Shown: one piece after another, positions 1 through 14,620 of the stretch
How the letters are laid out: each line of letters starts with the position of its first letter
Position numbering within the stretch: position 1 is the stretch's first letter
Origin: Bigelowiella natans CCMP2755
Lineage: Eukaryota > Protista > Cercozoa
Direction: 5' to 3'
DNA: 64,000 nucleotides
Assembly (NCBI GenBank): GCA_000320545.1
Contig: ADNK01001163.1
Span: 19,804-83,803, forward strand
Program-made: the position numbers and the translations under genes
The notes under the pieces: generated by a model
What the model saw: only the letters and a program-made list of their open reading frames with translations
What the model was told of the DNA's origin: nothing
The model's database searches: none

Positions 1-2634
1 ACACTTGTTGCAAAAAGAACATCCGAAGAAGGATCTGAGTCGGCCGTTTCACCACCTATATCTACTACACCTTCAAAGCAGCCTTCAGCAGTCATTCAGA
101 CCAGTGTTATTCCAAAAGATGATCAAGAAGATGATGGTAGTGCTCACACAAGGAGAGCAAGGAATCATCGGTTATGGCCAATATCAAGTGAGCATAGTGC
201 TTCTCCTAGCGTAGTTGTAGGAGGTGGTAGTAGTGGCAGCAGCATAGATCAAGATATTACTCCTCCTGATGCTGCTGCTCATTCTTTATCCTCTGCCCAA
301 GTACCAGCAGCAGCAAGATCGACATCCTCGTCATCACCATTGCCATTACCAAAACAAATACAAAATCCCAATGAAGACATCACCAACACTTCTGTTACCA
401 CTACGTTAGACTTAATGAAGAAGATGAAAAATTCTGCGACGATGAAGAAGACCGCTTCTTCGTCATCTTCTTCAAAGCCCAAAATAGAGAGCAGTACAGG
501 AAAGAACAGTTCAATGTCATCAAAACCATCAGACAATAATGATACAGCAGTAGCACCAGCAGTAGAAACGATGGTAGGAAAAGAAAAAGAAGAAAAAGAA
601 AAGAAAAAACAATTGAGGCGGAGCGAAAAAGAATGTCATTACTATTCGAGCAATGATTGCACTACCTCCCTCACTGTAAATACTACCTCCTATGAGAATG
701 GTAATGATGACGCTATATATCAACATAATAAATCAATTTTGAAAAAGGCGGGTTCTTCTGATGACTCTGCTACTACAAGTAGCGGGGTTGGCGAGGTGGC
801 AGCACAACAACTGCTTGTATCATCTATGGCAGAAATGGATCATTTTCAAACCTACTCCTCCCCCTCACCGATGAAACATCTCTCATCAGTAAAAGTTGTT
901 TCTAAAGTAAATGACTATGATTCTCAAAGTAATGATCACATAAATGATGTCTTGAAAGAAGATAGTGAAGATAAGTCATCAGGTAACACCGTACTACTAG
1001 GGAAAAATAGAATCCTTACGGAAGAAGTAGTAAAGAGAGATGATGATGATGATCATCCAATAGCTGCTGCTTCTTCGATAAAGAAGAACCATATATTGCG
1101 TGTTCCTGATTCCTTATCATCGCCACCATCATCGTCATCATCACCATCATCATTATCATCGAAGCAACAACGTCCAAATGAGGAAATTGCTTGCTCATTA
1201 CCACAAACGATGATGATACTATCAAACGCACTCGTTCTTGAAATCATATCGAGCATACGCAATACATCGAAGCATGAAGTACGATGTCTGAGCATGGAAG
1301 GATGTTTGGAGGAGTTTCAAAGGGTTACTCAATGGGCATATGCTTTTATAGTCGATCGAATGACACCAAAAGAGGCTGCCACCTTCAGAATGGATCTTCG
1401 CAAAATCGGCATATCCTCTTTAACAACAGCACCACCAGCAGCAGGTCCAATGATAAGAAGAAGACGAAGAGCTCGAAGAACCGGTGGTGGTGGTGGTGGT
1501 GGTGATGATCATCACAATGATAGGAAAACCATAAGTAGCAGCAGCAAATGTCATCTACAAGTTGCAATGCTAATACAAAAACAGGCGCACTTCACCTCTA
1601 ATGATCAAATGCGGTGGTGTAAGCAGCAGCAGCAGCAGCAGCAGCAGCAAAACGATGACGACTACTTCCTTGAAGAACAACAGATTATGGAGGATTGGCA
1701 GAAAATTAAAGATGCTTTAAAAAAGAATAATAGCAAGGGGGAAATAATGAACCATGGTTCTCTTCCTTCTCCAACTAGCAGTGCTGCTGGTACTGCTGAA
1801 AAGAATGTGATATCATCAAAAAGCAATACTCGCCAAGAGACAGCAGCAGGTCAAATAAACTCAAAGTTGTCAGCTGCCGTAGTATCATCCAAATCTCCAT
1901 CTTCACCACCTGCAGTAGTGAATCTAGAATTTGAAGAAGCTTTAAGTAAAGAGCTCAGAATTCCTCGTCATATCACTCAAATACAACAGCAACAACATTT
2001 AAAGGAAGAAGAGGAGAAAAGGTAACAGTATGAATGTAAGAATCAACCAATCAATATCTATTTGGTACTACTACTACTACCACTACTACTACTACTATCA
2101 CTACACTACTACGTATGATAAATTTAAGTGTTATCGCTATTATTATAAGGAATGGCCCTTCACAGCCTCCTCTTCCTTTGGGGGTTATTATCATCTAATG
2201 AGGATTTTGTTTTTGATGATATGCTTCAAACATGGTATTACAATAATCTCAGAACGAATGCCTTAGAACAGCAAGGACATCGGGGATTCTATGATGGAAA
2301 GATAAGTGATAGCGACAAGAGGATCAAAGATAATGAAGCTTCACTGGCGCGGAAATTACCGTTCAATCTTAAAGAAAAAATTACAGAACTTGAAAGAATG
2401 TCGTTGCCACCGGACTATCATCACAATCATCGTCATCCTCATACTGAGCGTACAAATGTCAAAAAATATTTTGATGGTTTTCCTTCTTTTTCTTCTACTA
2501 CTTCTACTACACCTACTACTTTTAAGGCTGGACCGAAGGTTGTTTACACCACCACCACTTCTGCAGCAGCAACGGCTAGATCATCGTCATCATCTTTCTC
2601 CAATTTGAAGCTGGTATCCTCGTTAGCAGCCCTG

Positions 2635-2665
<31 letters not shown>

Positions 2666-2756
2666 TTGATACGTCACGTTCTAATGCATCATCATCTGCA
2701 GTGGGAGGGGGGAGAATTTCGGGTGAAACAAGTGCTCTAACGACGGCAAGAGAAGA

Positions 2757-2787
<31 letters not shown>

Positions 2788-4071
2788 GGTCCTTCTGCTC
2801 GTCTTGATAGTAACGACAGTAATGAAAGCACTAGTGCCATCTCTTCTTCTGAGAAAAATAAAATCTATGCCAAGGGAATAAGCACAGATACCATAGCTTC
2901 TATTGGAGCTGCTACTAGTAGCAATACTGGTAGTTCTGCTGCTAATTATGGCCACCATAAGAGTACTACAACAACAAGCACCACCCAGAATACCAAACTA
3001 GAAGATGATCATCATCATCCGCAAGAAGAAGAAGCAGCAGTAGCAGCGGCGGCACTAAATGAGGCATTTAAGGGCCTTTCTGTAGAGCAAGCGCAGTTGC
3101 TCCTCAACGAGGCTATAATAGGTGCTGGTGGTGGTGATGGACAACAGCACACGACGACGGCAATTCCTCCGTTGTTGTTTTCAATCATCCAGACACCAGC
3201 TGCTACCGCAACAATAGCAACAACAAGAAGAAAAGAAGTGGGGGAAGCTGCTGCTTCTTCTTCTTCTTCTCGACGTCCATTACATCCGTCTGATAGGGAT
3301 TATGTGCAACAAGCTCATCTCAAACGGTTAAGACGGCATCGTCGTGAAGAGCAAGAGGGTGTAAGATCTGCTCGGATTCCTCATATTCAAACTAGACGAA
3401 GAAACTCCAGTAGGGATCACGGATCACATTTCACTCGAGAAATTAAAGATATAGCTTCTCTCAAAGCTCTGGCTCAGTTTTCACCTCAAAATGTAACAAA
3501 AACTATGTCGGCGAGAAGAGCCAGACCCGTAGATGTAAAGCAGAAAGAGCGTTATAAACCAGTAGCTTCAAGTCACCTTTCTTTTCTCTCTGCACCAACT
3601 TCTGCTAGATTTCACCGCCGGCCTTTCGACAATAATAGCGGCCATAGTAGAAATACTACTCGTAATCCATGGCTACAACACCCAATTGCATCAATAAAGT
3701 ATTCCAAACTGCGCCAGCTCAAAGATAAATGGAAGGGAACTTTTCGGAAGGGAAAACACAAAATTCATCTCAGTGAATTTCAGCAGTCACTTCAAGTAAT
3801 GGACATTCATATTCCCATGAGTTGTGTTTGTGAGCTTTGGAGGGCTACTGGAACAGCAGACCAAAGAGGCACCATTAAATTGACGACACTTGAACAAAAG
3901 CTAAACGGACTCCTTGCATATAAAAAACGGACATCATCCTCTCTTGGGGCCCATACCGAAAGTCAAATCGACAAGAATTCTCAGCAATCACCATCAATAC
4001 AAGCGTTGGCATTTTCGTTGTCGAAGCATCTCATCGGACAAGGTCAAAACTTTGATATTCTCGCTGAATGA
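1..4071 (+). CDS. 5'-truncated, low-complexity (poly-Q/S/N/E) hypothetical protein; probably two exons, with a weak EF-hand-like stretch near the C-terminus
   Basis: Frame 1 is open from base 1 to 2025 (it extends the listed 340..2025 ORF upstream). An AG|GTAACA donor at 2022 and a CACAG| acceptor at 2165 join it in frame to the 639-aa ORF 2152..4071. The C-terminal part (KIHLSEFQQSLQVMDIHIPMSCVCELWRATG) is globular-looking. Confidence 0.55.
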
Positions 4072-4109
4072 TCAATCAACACTAAACCTATAATGATGAA
4101 CTTGGGAGA

Positions 4110-5250
4110 AGCAGTTCTGCGTTGTGTGTTGCCCGTACATGCGTAAAATTGTGCGCCAGATAAGAAGTAGTCAGCAAGATCAATTGCGCATATGTAACTG
4201 ATCCTTGTATGCAATGCGTAAGCATGTTGACCTGTGCAATGCTAGCGTGTCAAGCAAAATTCATGCGTACGTTACATGCGTTCGTTTGCACGATGTTGCA
4301 AATTTTTGTTCGCATCGATCGTGCTGCGACGATGCATGGTGGCATGGGACGGATGCTTCATTGAAGCGGTTGAACATCTTCAATTTTCATCCTGCTTGTG
4401 CAGCGTTCTAGCGTTGTGCAATGCCTCAGCTGCAACGCCTGTTGTGTCATGTCCACTTGTTTATTCAACAATTGTAATGCATGTCTTTCGATCTCGCGAC
4501 AAGCTTTCCGACGAATCGCTCACCAACAAATCTAAAAAATCTGAAACCCACATAGCAGCTAGTTGTCAAATGAAAATTTTGTCGCGCTGCATGCTAGACG
4601 TCGCACTGGCAGCAGCAGGCGCGGCGGCTTCATTGTTGAATGCCTCATACGTGCGCGCGCGCCATCGAACAGATGGAAGCGCTTGCTAAAACCGCGGCAT
4701 TGCTATTGCGCAAACTGATCAATTGAAATATCACTGCTCGCTCACTTTGCGACGAAGGACATCACCAGAGCTTGCATGCACGTGCAAACATCGACGTCAT
4801 CTGCGTCTTATGCGATGCTCGTTGCCCTAGATTGTGCTTAGTGCAGTGCGCACAAGGCTACATCTAGCTTAGTTGACAGTCAGCAAGTCATGCAACAATA
4901 TTTCGCACCAACAAGCTAAGCCGACTATTTCATCATGGCGAGAAATGACAGTAGTTTCTACGATACGCAATGCACATTGCTAGAATTAGAACGCAGCAGC
5001 GCGCATGTGCGCACACCGCTGCTGAGTATGATGTGGTATCGAATTCCGACACGATGCTACGTGCAGCAGCGTTGTTTAACATGCGAAGGAGCAGCAGAGC
5101 AACGTCGAATGTCACAATTGATACATGCCAATGAGCATGGCCATTGACCCATCCAGGTCCCTGCTAGCCTGAATCATGTAGCAGCAGGCAACTTAGCTTG
5201 GTGTCTATCTAGCAGATGCAGTCACATTAATTTTCTTTGTTTGCTACTAC
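4110..5250. other. TG/CA- and CTAG-rich intergenic island (putative methylation-decayed relic)
   Basis: Dense TGCA/CATG/GCAC/CTAG words, no microsatellites, no credible ORF; lies between two convergent 3' ends. Confidence 0.55.
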
Positions 5251-5257
5251 ACCATGC

Positions 5258-5550
5258 TTATTGAATATTTGGGCGCGGGTCGGCTACGCGAGAGGCCCAA
5301 TGACATACACGTACAGCCTTGCTAACAGTGTTGATAAAGTAATCTAAAATAAATTCGTGCAAACCTAGCCAAGTAGCAAAGTGACATGCAATGACACCAG
5401 AGAAGTGTTTTATGAAAAAGAACATCAACATGCACCACACTACTACTGTGTTCTACTACAACTATATATGAATACTGAGAGTGTTTCTAAGAGATCGGAG
5501 CAAATGCTGCATGACAATGAACTTATTATTATGTCTTTTGAATGACTATC

Positions 5551-5587
<37 letters not shown>

Positions 5588-5999
5588 AGTAGCACTCCCT
5601 TCTGTCCTCTTCTTTTCTTTCTATACCTCATCATGTAGAGATTTTATCGAAAATAGAGACTTGAGTGGGAGAAGCTTGTTTGGATCCAACACGCTTGGCG
5701 TAAAGTCTAGATGGCAATTCCAGATGTGGATCCTAACCAGTCATTCATTAATTATAGATTCTTAATCATCGCAGCACAACTGATGTAGAATATTCTACAG
5801 AGGATGATCAAGATCTTTATGCAAATCATTATTTGACTTCCTTACTTTTGTTTCGCTTTACTACCTCTTTGTGACAAATAACGATGGGTTTTCCGCCCTT
5901 TCGATGGTGAAGAAATGATTTGGTTTGATCATTTTCCAATGCTTTAAACTTGCTCACTTTCTGCAAAATATGTATATGATTGAATACCATGGTGATGAC

Positions 6000-6030
<31 letters not shown>

Positions 6031-7327
6031 GTATTGTGATGATAGTGATATCAACAGCCTAAACAAGTTGACCTAATGGCAATGATGACTGAGACTGAGA
6101 ATGTCGATACGGATGATGACATTTCATCACTTTTTGAGGGTAAGAATATTTGTTCTGACAACGACACTAACACGCCCCTCCCCGCTCTCGCTTTCTCTCG
6201 CGCAAGCTCTCTAATGTACACACTTTAGGAGAAGAATTTGGCAGTAGAAGATTCTTCTTATTAATTGTAAATTTTGAGCTTTGAATCTTCAAAGACATCG
6301 GAGACAGTGGTGGTTCCTCCTCCTCCTGCTTCTGCGAGATGGGATACATAAACAAGAAGAAGACAACAGGATATATAAGAGTAATCAATTTGATGATCAT
6401 GGTACCTATATCAGCAAGATGCATCATCATCATCATCATCATCATCTGCTGCTGCTACTGCTGCTACTACTACTGCCGCACTATTCATCTTAATGTCAAT
6501 TATACTTAAAGGAAAGGTAGTAGTTATAGTAGTGGTTGTAGTAGTAGTAGTAGCAATAGTAGTACCGTGATGATATCCTCGTCGTCCTCCTTCTCTCCCT
6601 TCTCGTCTCCATGCAACTTATCGATGCTGTCACTCGAATGATTACTAATCAGCAATTTTTGCTTACTTTCGCCATGTTTTCCCTCTTTTGTAAAATTCAC
6701 GCAAACACAAACACACACACCATAGAGAGATAGAGATACAAATTTAGCCTGTCAATAAATAAAATAGCGGAATTACAAATGTCGGACCTTGTCTAAGTGA
6801 GAAGGTATGACGAGAAAAGAAATGTGTGCTCCTTCCTCCAAATGAAGTTGGCGATGATTTCACGATTGGAGACGATGCATTTCCTTAGTCAAGTAAATTA
6901 AAAAAAAAAACTTGTGATTAAATCTGTTGAAAATATGACTAGCTTAATTTGCGTGTCACCAGCACCGTTGAATATTACTTATCATCATGATCCTATCTAT
7001 CTTTGTTACCAGCTCGTACATTCTTTCTTTTACCCTGCTCAGCAATTTTTCTTTCGATCTATATCATTACAGCAGCAAAAATACATAAATAAATAGCTCG
7101 CAAACTGAGCACCATTCTGTATAGAATCAACGTGATATGCAGAACTGTAGTTCATAATTTTACACATTCAGGGACAATCAATAATGACCGACCGCTGAGA
7201 GTCTAGTACTTTTCATTTGATACACAGATGATCGCTTGTAGAACCGAACCTAAGAAAGGAGGAGGAGGAGGAGGAGGAGGAGGAGGAGGAGGGATTTTCA
7301 GCAATTAGAACACACCAACAGAACCGT

Positions 7328-7421
<94 letters not shown>

Positions 7422-7578
7422 AGGAGAGAGAGGGAGAGAGAGAGAGAGAGAGAGAGTGAGCAACACAAACCAAATGAAAGTATGTGCTTCTACTACTACT
7501 ACTACCACTACTACTACTACTGCTGCTGCTGCAACTAAAATCCTAATTAATAGCACCTACCGCACCAGAACTTCCGAA

Positions 7579-7617
<39 letters not shown>

Positions 7618-8535
7618 CATATGCAATCAAACCAAGCCCTCACGCTGATCTTTTTCGCCATCGTTCTTATTCCTTTCTACTTGTACTACTGCTGCTACTC
7701 ACTCTGAATTCCAGCTTCATCCGCATAATATTCTCCATGATCTGCAAGCACATCACAATTAGCAGCATCATCAACACCACTACGACTACTTCTACTACCC
7801 ACCTATCTCACAATCACATGTTTAAGAACAACAGGCATAATCTATTCTCCATTATTATGATCAGTAACATGTGCATAATCCCAAAATTACCACTCTCCTC
7901 TCACCTCATGTATTACAATCATTCGTTATCATCATCTGGAATATATGTTTTGTGGTCAAAATTCTCAGAATATTCTTTTTTGCATTCATCACCTTCTTTG
8001 TTGTCATTAAGTTGTCGACCTGTAATTGTTATAAACAAACAAAGCACGATCAACAGAAGAATAAGAGGAATTACAGAGTAAAAGAGAATAATCACAACAT
8101 TCGATTGTTGTTACATGATTATGGCATTATCTTTCCTAATGATTCTTCATGTGAGTAGTACATATAAGTACTTAACATTAATATTCTTATTATTATCATT
8201 CTTATTAATCATTGTTATATCTGAAGAGGGTCTTACCGTGTGCTCTATTAATCGGTAAATGTAGTAATAATTACGTGTGTGAATATTCCAACATCAAAGT
8301 AGTAGTGCTAGAAGTGCTATTTAAGTAAGTAGTCTTTTTGTCAGGTTAGGTATCGTCTCTTTTTCCACTTGCTTTCTGCTGCGGTAACCTACCACTACTA
8401 CTACTACGATGAGCTGTCTATTCTATATCTACCTTCTTGTCAGAGATTTGCACCACCTTCCAACCCTTTAACGAATCAATCAATCATTGGTCTTGGTAAA
8501 CATCCTCAATACTATTATGGATGCCTCCCAATATT

Positions 8536-8579
<44 letters not shown>

Positions 8580-9100
8580 TGTATAATATTGATAATTTCA
8601 CTAACAACTAAGGAGTGCAAATAATAAATCCACATCATCATCTCCATTAAGCAAAGAAGACTACTACTAGAAAAGCAGCTACCTATTTGCCTACTATTAT
8701 TATATCTTTGAATAATCTCTTAGCACCCTCCTCCTCCCCATTCTTCATCAGTAGACTACTACTATCAAATTATTAGTATTACCTCAAGAACACCATGCCT
8801 TTCTGCTTCAGAGCCTTTTATAACCTGAGATCAACGATGTGACAATATTAATTGTTGGTGGTAATACTATTCCATAAATTATTAGGGTTGGTTACATGTG
8901 CGTGAATAGGTATGTACACAAAAATCACAAAGTAGAAGCTCATGCTAACGATTGACAACGCTTTGCAGTGGTAGCAGTAGTAGTAATTGTAGTAGCAGAT
9001 TATGATGATGATGGTGATGATGATGATGATGATGACAAAACGACATATTTTGATTTCCCATTCTGTATATTATCACCTTTGTAACGATCATCCGGTAATC
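5258..9100 (-). CDS. multi-exon hypothetical protein segment with an IQ-like motif; may be the 3' half of the gene starting at 14302
   Basis: GT-AG-bounded open exons on the minus strand: VIKGSEAERHGVLE (~8825-8783), ISNIQRCW|KCIVSNREIIANFIWRK (split by an intron with a poly-T tract at ~6958-6884), EGKHGESKQKLL..., KVSKFKALENDQTK..., IHIWNCHLDFTPSVLDPNK..., and a last exon ending RPNIQ* at 5258. Exon joins were not fully resolved. Confidence 0.35.
7257..7612. repeat. compound microsatellite block (GGA)n-(CA)n-(TA)n-(GA)n-(TAC)n-(CA)n
   Basis: Directly visible runs. Similar compound arrays at 27438-27620, 48238-48306, 59460-59520 and 59688-59748. Confidence 0.95.
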
Positions 9101-9264
9101 GATTACAAAACTAACTTTTACGGTCTTTACATCGATAGCAACATGGAATGAAGACAGACGTTTAAATGAAAATGTATAATGAGTTAAAAGCGCTTAAACG
9201 ATGCACGATGATTAGCCTTATAATATGGACAGTATGTGTGCATCTTTAGCACATAATGTGCGTA

Positions 9265-9295
<31 letters not shown>

Positions 9296-10829
9296 ATGTG
9301 TACATAAAAATAAAGAAAAATAAAGATTGCAAAACTTGTGGTACAAAATTACACTAAATCTGTACTCCGAAGTGAAACCTAAAGATATGTAACATCGATC
9401 AGATGATGATGAAAATTTGACATCCTTAATCATTGTTGTTGGTTTGATCTTCTTATATTACCGTTCGGTACTGTTGGGTTTTATGTTATGTGAAACCAAT
9501 AATATTATTACTTTCTGCTTTTGTCTTAATGACTTAGTGTTGATACATATTTGTTGTTGTATGTAGGAAGTATTAACAAAAGTATTGATTCTATCTGACC
9601 ATCTCCAAGAATTGTAGGTTTCTCTAACGTGAATCGAACATCCTTAGTCTTTTCCCTTCAATGTTGAAGAAAGTTCAGTAAGTGATGATGATAAATTCAA
9701 GAAAAACATCAAATATATGAAATAAACACGTGAAAAGATGGTGGTTAGGTATTCAATAAGCTTTAGTTGTCATTGTCATCGTTGTCTTGAGATGGAAATA
9801 AATGATGTAGATTACTTCTCGCGCTCCAGGTTGAGTGAAGTGTAGAATTCTACGGAATAATAAGTAGCGTATAAATAAATTTGTTGTCATAAATAGCAAC
9901 AGTAGGAAAAGTGGAGAAAGTTGAACAATAACAACAAGAAGAAAACAAAAAGAAAGAATTTAACGAAGTAGTGCGAAAAGCAATTGGTCAGAGAAGGAAA
10001 TGATAGCATTGATATTTTTCTCCCTTAACGAATAAATATAGCAAATGATTGTTAACTTTTTCCTACTACTACCACTACCTTTAACATCTGAGATAGTCTT
10101 ATTTCCAACCGATATCACCCTACAAACGAAGAATTATACGATGCGAGGACAACGATGATGAAGAAGAAGGAGAAGAAGAAGTTGATGATGGTGGTAAGTG
10201 GAGGGATACGAATGAGTATTAAAAATACAACGATGAGATATTAATAATACAACGATGATTTACACAAACAAGGAGGGGGAGGGGGGGTAAATAGGGGTCA
10301 GGTCTAGTAGTAGCGATATTGCAGTAGCAAATTGAGGTTTCGAGCCATTGAAGAAATGAAATCAAATCTCAACGATACATCGATGATGCTTGAAAAAATG
10401 AAATGAAATCTCAAAAATACATCGATGATGATAATACGATTAGATTCTGCCAATTAACAACTGGCAAATAATAAATAACAGATATAAGATGTATTTTGAG
10501 GATCCATCATACACAAAAAAGAATGAGACAATTACTTCCATCCAGGTTTAAACTTTGGGTGATCAAGGTACACTCTGCGGTCAAAATTTGACACCTAATT
10601 ATCGATAATAATGATGATAAGAAGAAAGAGGAGGACAAAGGAGATGATGACGTAAGCAAAATCATGATGATTCAATCGAGATATCAATCAATCTCTTGAC
10701 AGAAGATGTAAGGACATGGTAAGTGGCATCATTATTTGCATAATAACTACTACTTTAAGAGTTTTTTCATCGATGATAATCCAATGATTCTGAGAAGATG
10801 AACAATAACGTTGATCATGATCCATTTTT

Positions 10830-12908
10830 ATTTAACTAGGAGAAGGTTGCAATTTGCATCTGATAAATACGTTATTTCTTCTGATGATAATACGTCTCTT
10901 CTCGTTAACTATACAGATTATTCTTAGCATTAACATATGTGCAGCTAAATGCTTAAACCACATCAAAAGAGGGCCTTTACAACCTTTGATACTAACACTT
11001 GTATAAGCTCCGAGTTTTCCTTTGGCTGCCTTATTTGTTGCTCTAATGATATTTATCTTCATTTCAGCCTTGGCTATTATTTTCATTATTTCATTGTTGA
11101 TTGTAAAGGTTCTATCATCATTGAAAGAGAAAAAAGAATGATGCACATTATCGAATACTCCAAGAGTAAGTCATCACTTCCTACCTGAATTAGGGTCTCT
11201 TAAGATTTTATACCTGCAAACCATTCGGATATCATCACTCTCATTATTCTACGCAAAGCCTCTACTCACGACTATTTAGTACTACAAACATTCCCCAGAA
11301 ATTTACTGCCACGACAAACCCAACTTTACACAGGTGGTTCTTTTCATTTATTGTGTCAAGGCACGCACCATTTTATGCAGGGAATTTCAGCGAAGAATAA
11401 AGATTCAGCCACTAAGATGAACATGGCTCTCATTCCAACATCCTATTTCAATATATGAAAACAAGTATGTTATCTAAATATGGTTAGCATTTATTATCAT
11501 AATCTTTTAGACCGACGCCAACAATCTACTCTTACACACCCTCTAGTATCACAGTACCATTAGTGATAAAGATAGAAAAAGATATACATACAAATGCAAG
11601 AAGAACAAGCTGGCCAAACGCAGAAGTTTGAGAAGCCAACAACAACACGCAGAGCGCTCCTAAGACCAGATAATAAATCTTAAATAAGAATGAAACACCA
11701 TACTCTCGAAGTAGTACACCTAGAACTACCAGATAGTACTTCTGCAAAGTCACTTCTGCTGCTGTAACTACTTATAGTTTGACATTCTCTACAACACCAA
11801 TTATGCTACCACCCATTAGGCCGAAGAAAATAGCAACCATTAGCCCTGCTACATCGTATATTGACAACCTAATATATGAAAAAGAAGGAGTGTCGTAAGT
11901 AGAAGTGGCGGGGCTATTAACAACTCGAACGTCAAAGCATCTTCAGTGATACTGAACATATCATTTAGCATGTTGTATAGTGCTGCCATTCTTATTTAAC
12001 TGGTTTTGAGGTAGCTGCACTGTGTCCACAGGGAATCCTAGAACAACGTATTCAAAGGTGGTGGAAAAACAACATCATCGATAGCCTATACAGAAGATAT
12101 ATCATAAGAATGGATTTGTAGTATATTATCGTACCAAAGCATTTGTCCCATTCTTCCGTTGGCTCAAAGTCAATTAAGTCCGGCTGAAAAGAAGATAAAT
12201 TCGAAGAAAGAGCGATCAGTAACTCTTCTCAGTAAATCTTTCTTACTCATCTCAATGTGTTTAAGTACATGTTGCCCTTGGAAACAAGCAGCACTGGAAA
12301 ACAAGCAGCACTGGCACTAATGATTACCGATGCTATCTCCAAAGATTTCAGGCCGCCTAAGATAACAAAATGAAGTCGTTGCAATTTGTAAACATTGGCT
12401 GCCATTCATATTGAATACATTCAACACATGAGATCTTTAAAGGAGGTATGAGGAAGAAGAAACCAACATGTTTTGAGTTCAAACGGTGCTTTTCTTGGAG
12501 TGATCTTTCTCCTTAACATATCATCGTCTTTTGCTGTGGAAACCCCAACTTCTTTTGAATCGTCGTTTATTTCAAAGTCATCTCCTGTAATATACGACGA
12601 TAGAAGTCATTGATGGAAGAAGAGGGCAGCATCAGTATTGATAAGCAATAAGAGGGATAATACGTAGATAATCAAAACCGGAAAAGAAGCAGACTTTGGC
12701 TGTTCATACCATACTCTAGTACTAACAACACGCATCTCCCGTCGCTAGCTACCTACCCTACTACCGATTATCATATTCACAAAGCTGTTGTATAGAGGCC
12801 AATCGTCAGCATTTCTTCCACTTAATCTATCGCTTTTGCGTAGCCTGACATAGTAGTATATCATCCTGTGTGCGTCGTTGTGCTGGAGAGGATCTATAAC
12901 TATACTCT

Positions 12909-12944
<36 letters not shown>

Positions 12945-14302
12945 CTCTCTTTACTACTATTACTATACTGCTACTACTACTATGTATCTATCTTATATAT
13001 TTCTGTTATTTAATAGAACCTATATGAATATAAACATATTACCGTAGATATATTTATATACGTATATTATATGATTAATTTACTACCTCATTTTACTCGG
13101 GGGAACTCTCTTGAAAAAGAAAGTGAATAGCGAGTTTGTTGTTATATATCCAACTATGAGACCCAAAATGTAGCTTGCCGGCGTGCTTATTGGCAGAAAT
13201 GCTAGCGCAATGACGTAGACGCCCATATTTACACCAATGCCTATAACGACAACACCAGAAGAAAGGAAAATCAAGGGGAGAAGGAAGAAAGATGACAAAA
13301 ATGAGGAGTAGGAGAAGAGGGAGAAGGAGAAGGTCAACAAGAAATGGAGGAGGAGGAGGAGGAGGAGGAGGAGGAGGAGGAGGAGAGAAATATTCACAGC
13401 AGCTTTTGACTTTGCTAGTTTCTCCTCCGACAAGCAGCAGATCGAGGTAAAATATTCATCCAAGTAAAGATTCGTACGATAAAACAAGACTATAATAAAA
13501 AATCACAAAGATTGTTTAGTTATAATCTTACCAGCGAAGAGCAGAGCAGAACGTTTTACAAATCCTGAAAACAGTATAACTTTAAGAATTCTGGACGAAA
13601 GGTATAGGAGGAGTTGAGAAAATAATAATTTGGTCCATTTACTCATCAGATAAAATATGTCACAGCAGAATCGTTTTGATGAAATACGACAACACACACC
13701 CATGTAGTCCCCGGTATGGTGCAATGGTAAAGAGAACCAAGTGTGTTGGTGACGAAATTGCCACACCAACCTGAAATAGGTTTACATATAGTAGAAATCA
13801 TTAACATCGCAAGATTATAACACCACCATGGTATCAATTTCTATTATTTGAGACAAATACAGCCTCCTTACAGCAGTCAAAGTATCAAAAACTTTATATA
13901 GCATCACCGCTGAAGGAGATATTTGGACTCACGAGGACGGTGCCTAATATTATATTGCAATTATTTGGCCAACTGCTCGGTCAAAAAATATGTATGATTC
14001 AGATGTTAGATATGAAACCACCTCATTGAGTTCACATAGTTAAGGTTGCGCCAGAAAGGAATATTCTGAGAAATTATTTGATCGTCATAGAGACGACACT
14101 ATCGATAACACAACATATGGACCTGATATTGGAGAGCATAAGCGTTGTCCCGTTTCTTTCCAAAGCATGCAATGACGATGAAAAATACTCCAATCACCAG
14201 AAGCAGAAGGTACACCTAATCACCAACGTCGAAGCAATCATATTGGATGGTGGGCAGGATACAGATGCACTTCATCTTACTCACCCCAGCGACCTCCGCC
14301 AT
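10830..14302 (-). CDS. multi-exon multi-pass membrane protein with a polycystin(PKD)-like H-x-W-x-S...KR motif after TM1
   Basis: ATG at 14302 (MAEVAG|VYLLLLVIGVFFIVIACFGKKRD). Spliced exons give WQFRHQHTWFSLPLHHTGDYMG|FVKRSALLFA, then hydrophobic helices (GVYVIALAFL...FFKRVPP; LSIYDVAGLMVAIFFGLM; YYLVLGALCVLLLASQ...). Family call is by motif resemblance only. Confidence 0.45.
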
Positions 14303-14379
14303 TTCGCTTTACCCAACAGACTGTTCGTCCAGCGTGTTATTTAATGAGGCCAGGAAGGATCAGCTAACAGTAGATCTGC

Positions 14380-14620
14380 AACTGCACTCGATCTAGATCT
14401 ATGAGCTGATAATGATGAGATGAGTAGTCCTAGTCAGTGAGATGAGGATAGATGATATACATGTTCCTACTACTTACTACAGGCGGCTGCTGCATGATGT
14501 GCTAGTAGATCTAACAACTAGATGCATGCACCCACCACTCTTATTACATTTAGATCTGCGTTACACTAGGAACTACTAGATCTACGTTCCTAGATCTGTG
14601 CAAACTGCTGCACTCCAGCA
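14380..14620. other. small CTAG/AGATCT-rich island in a divergent intergenic region
   Basis: Repeated ATCTAGATCT, TAGATCT and GCTAG words. Confidence 0.45.

Noticed and set aside
4100-5250. Cys/His/Ala-rich ORFs listed in the islands (also 22.6-24.4, 30.2-31.9, 39.2-41.1, 44.2-44.9 and 63.3-63.9 kb)
   Set aside because: These are compositional by-products of TG/CA-rich DNA (TGC, CAC, GCA, ATG) with no domain motifs.
7200-7710. Short ORFs made of poly-L/V/S/Y or THTH/ERER/IYIY runs here and across the window
   Set aside because: They are translations of microsatellites in introns or intergenic DNA, or antisense shadows of real exons.
12282-12314. 16-bp direct repeat with 17-bp period that looked like a frameshift
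   Set aside because: It can be placed inside an intron (GTAATC donor at ~12327), so it is not evidence of pseudogenisation.
7600-14300. Apparent block of pseudogenes or a recoded genetic code: long frames on both strands with many in-frame TGA/TAA/TAG that read well as Arg/Trp/Gln (for example IQRCW*H, LHQ*TTT, HAK*YVQYH*RC)
   Set aside because: On re-splicing, the minus-strand stops I checked fall inside plausible GT-AG introns (for example 13689-13566, ~12764-12585, ~11999-11869, ~6958-6884), leaving an open minus-strand model. The plus-strand Gln-like frames are its antisense shadow. Other genes here end in TAA, TAG or TGA and use TGG/CAA/CAG normally. RNA-seq would settle it.
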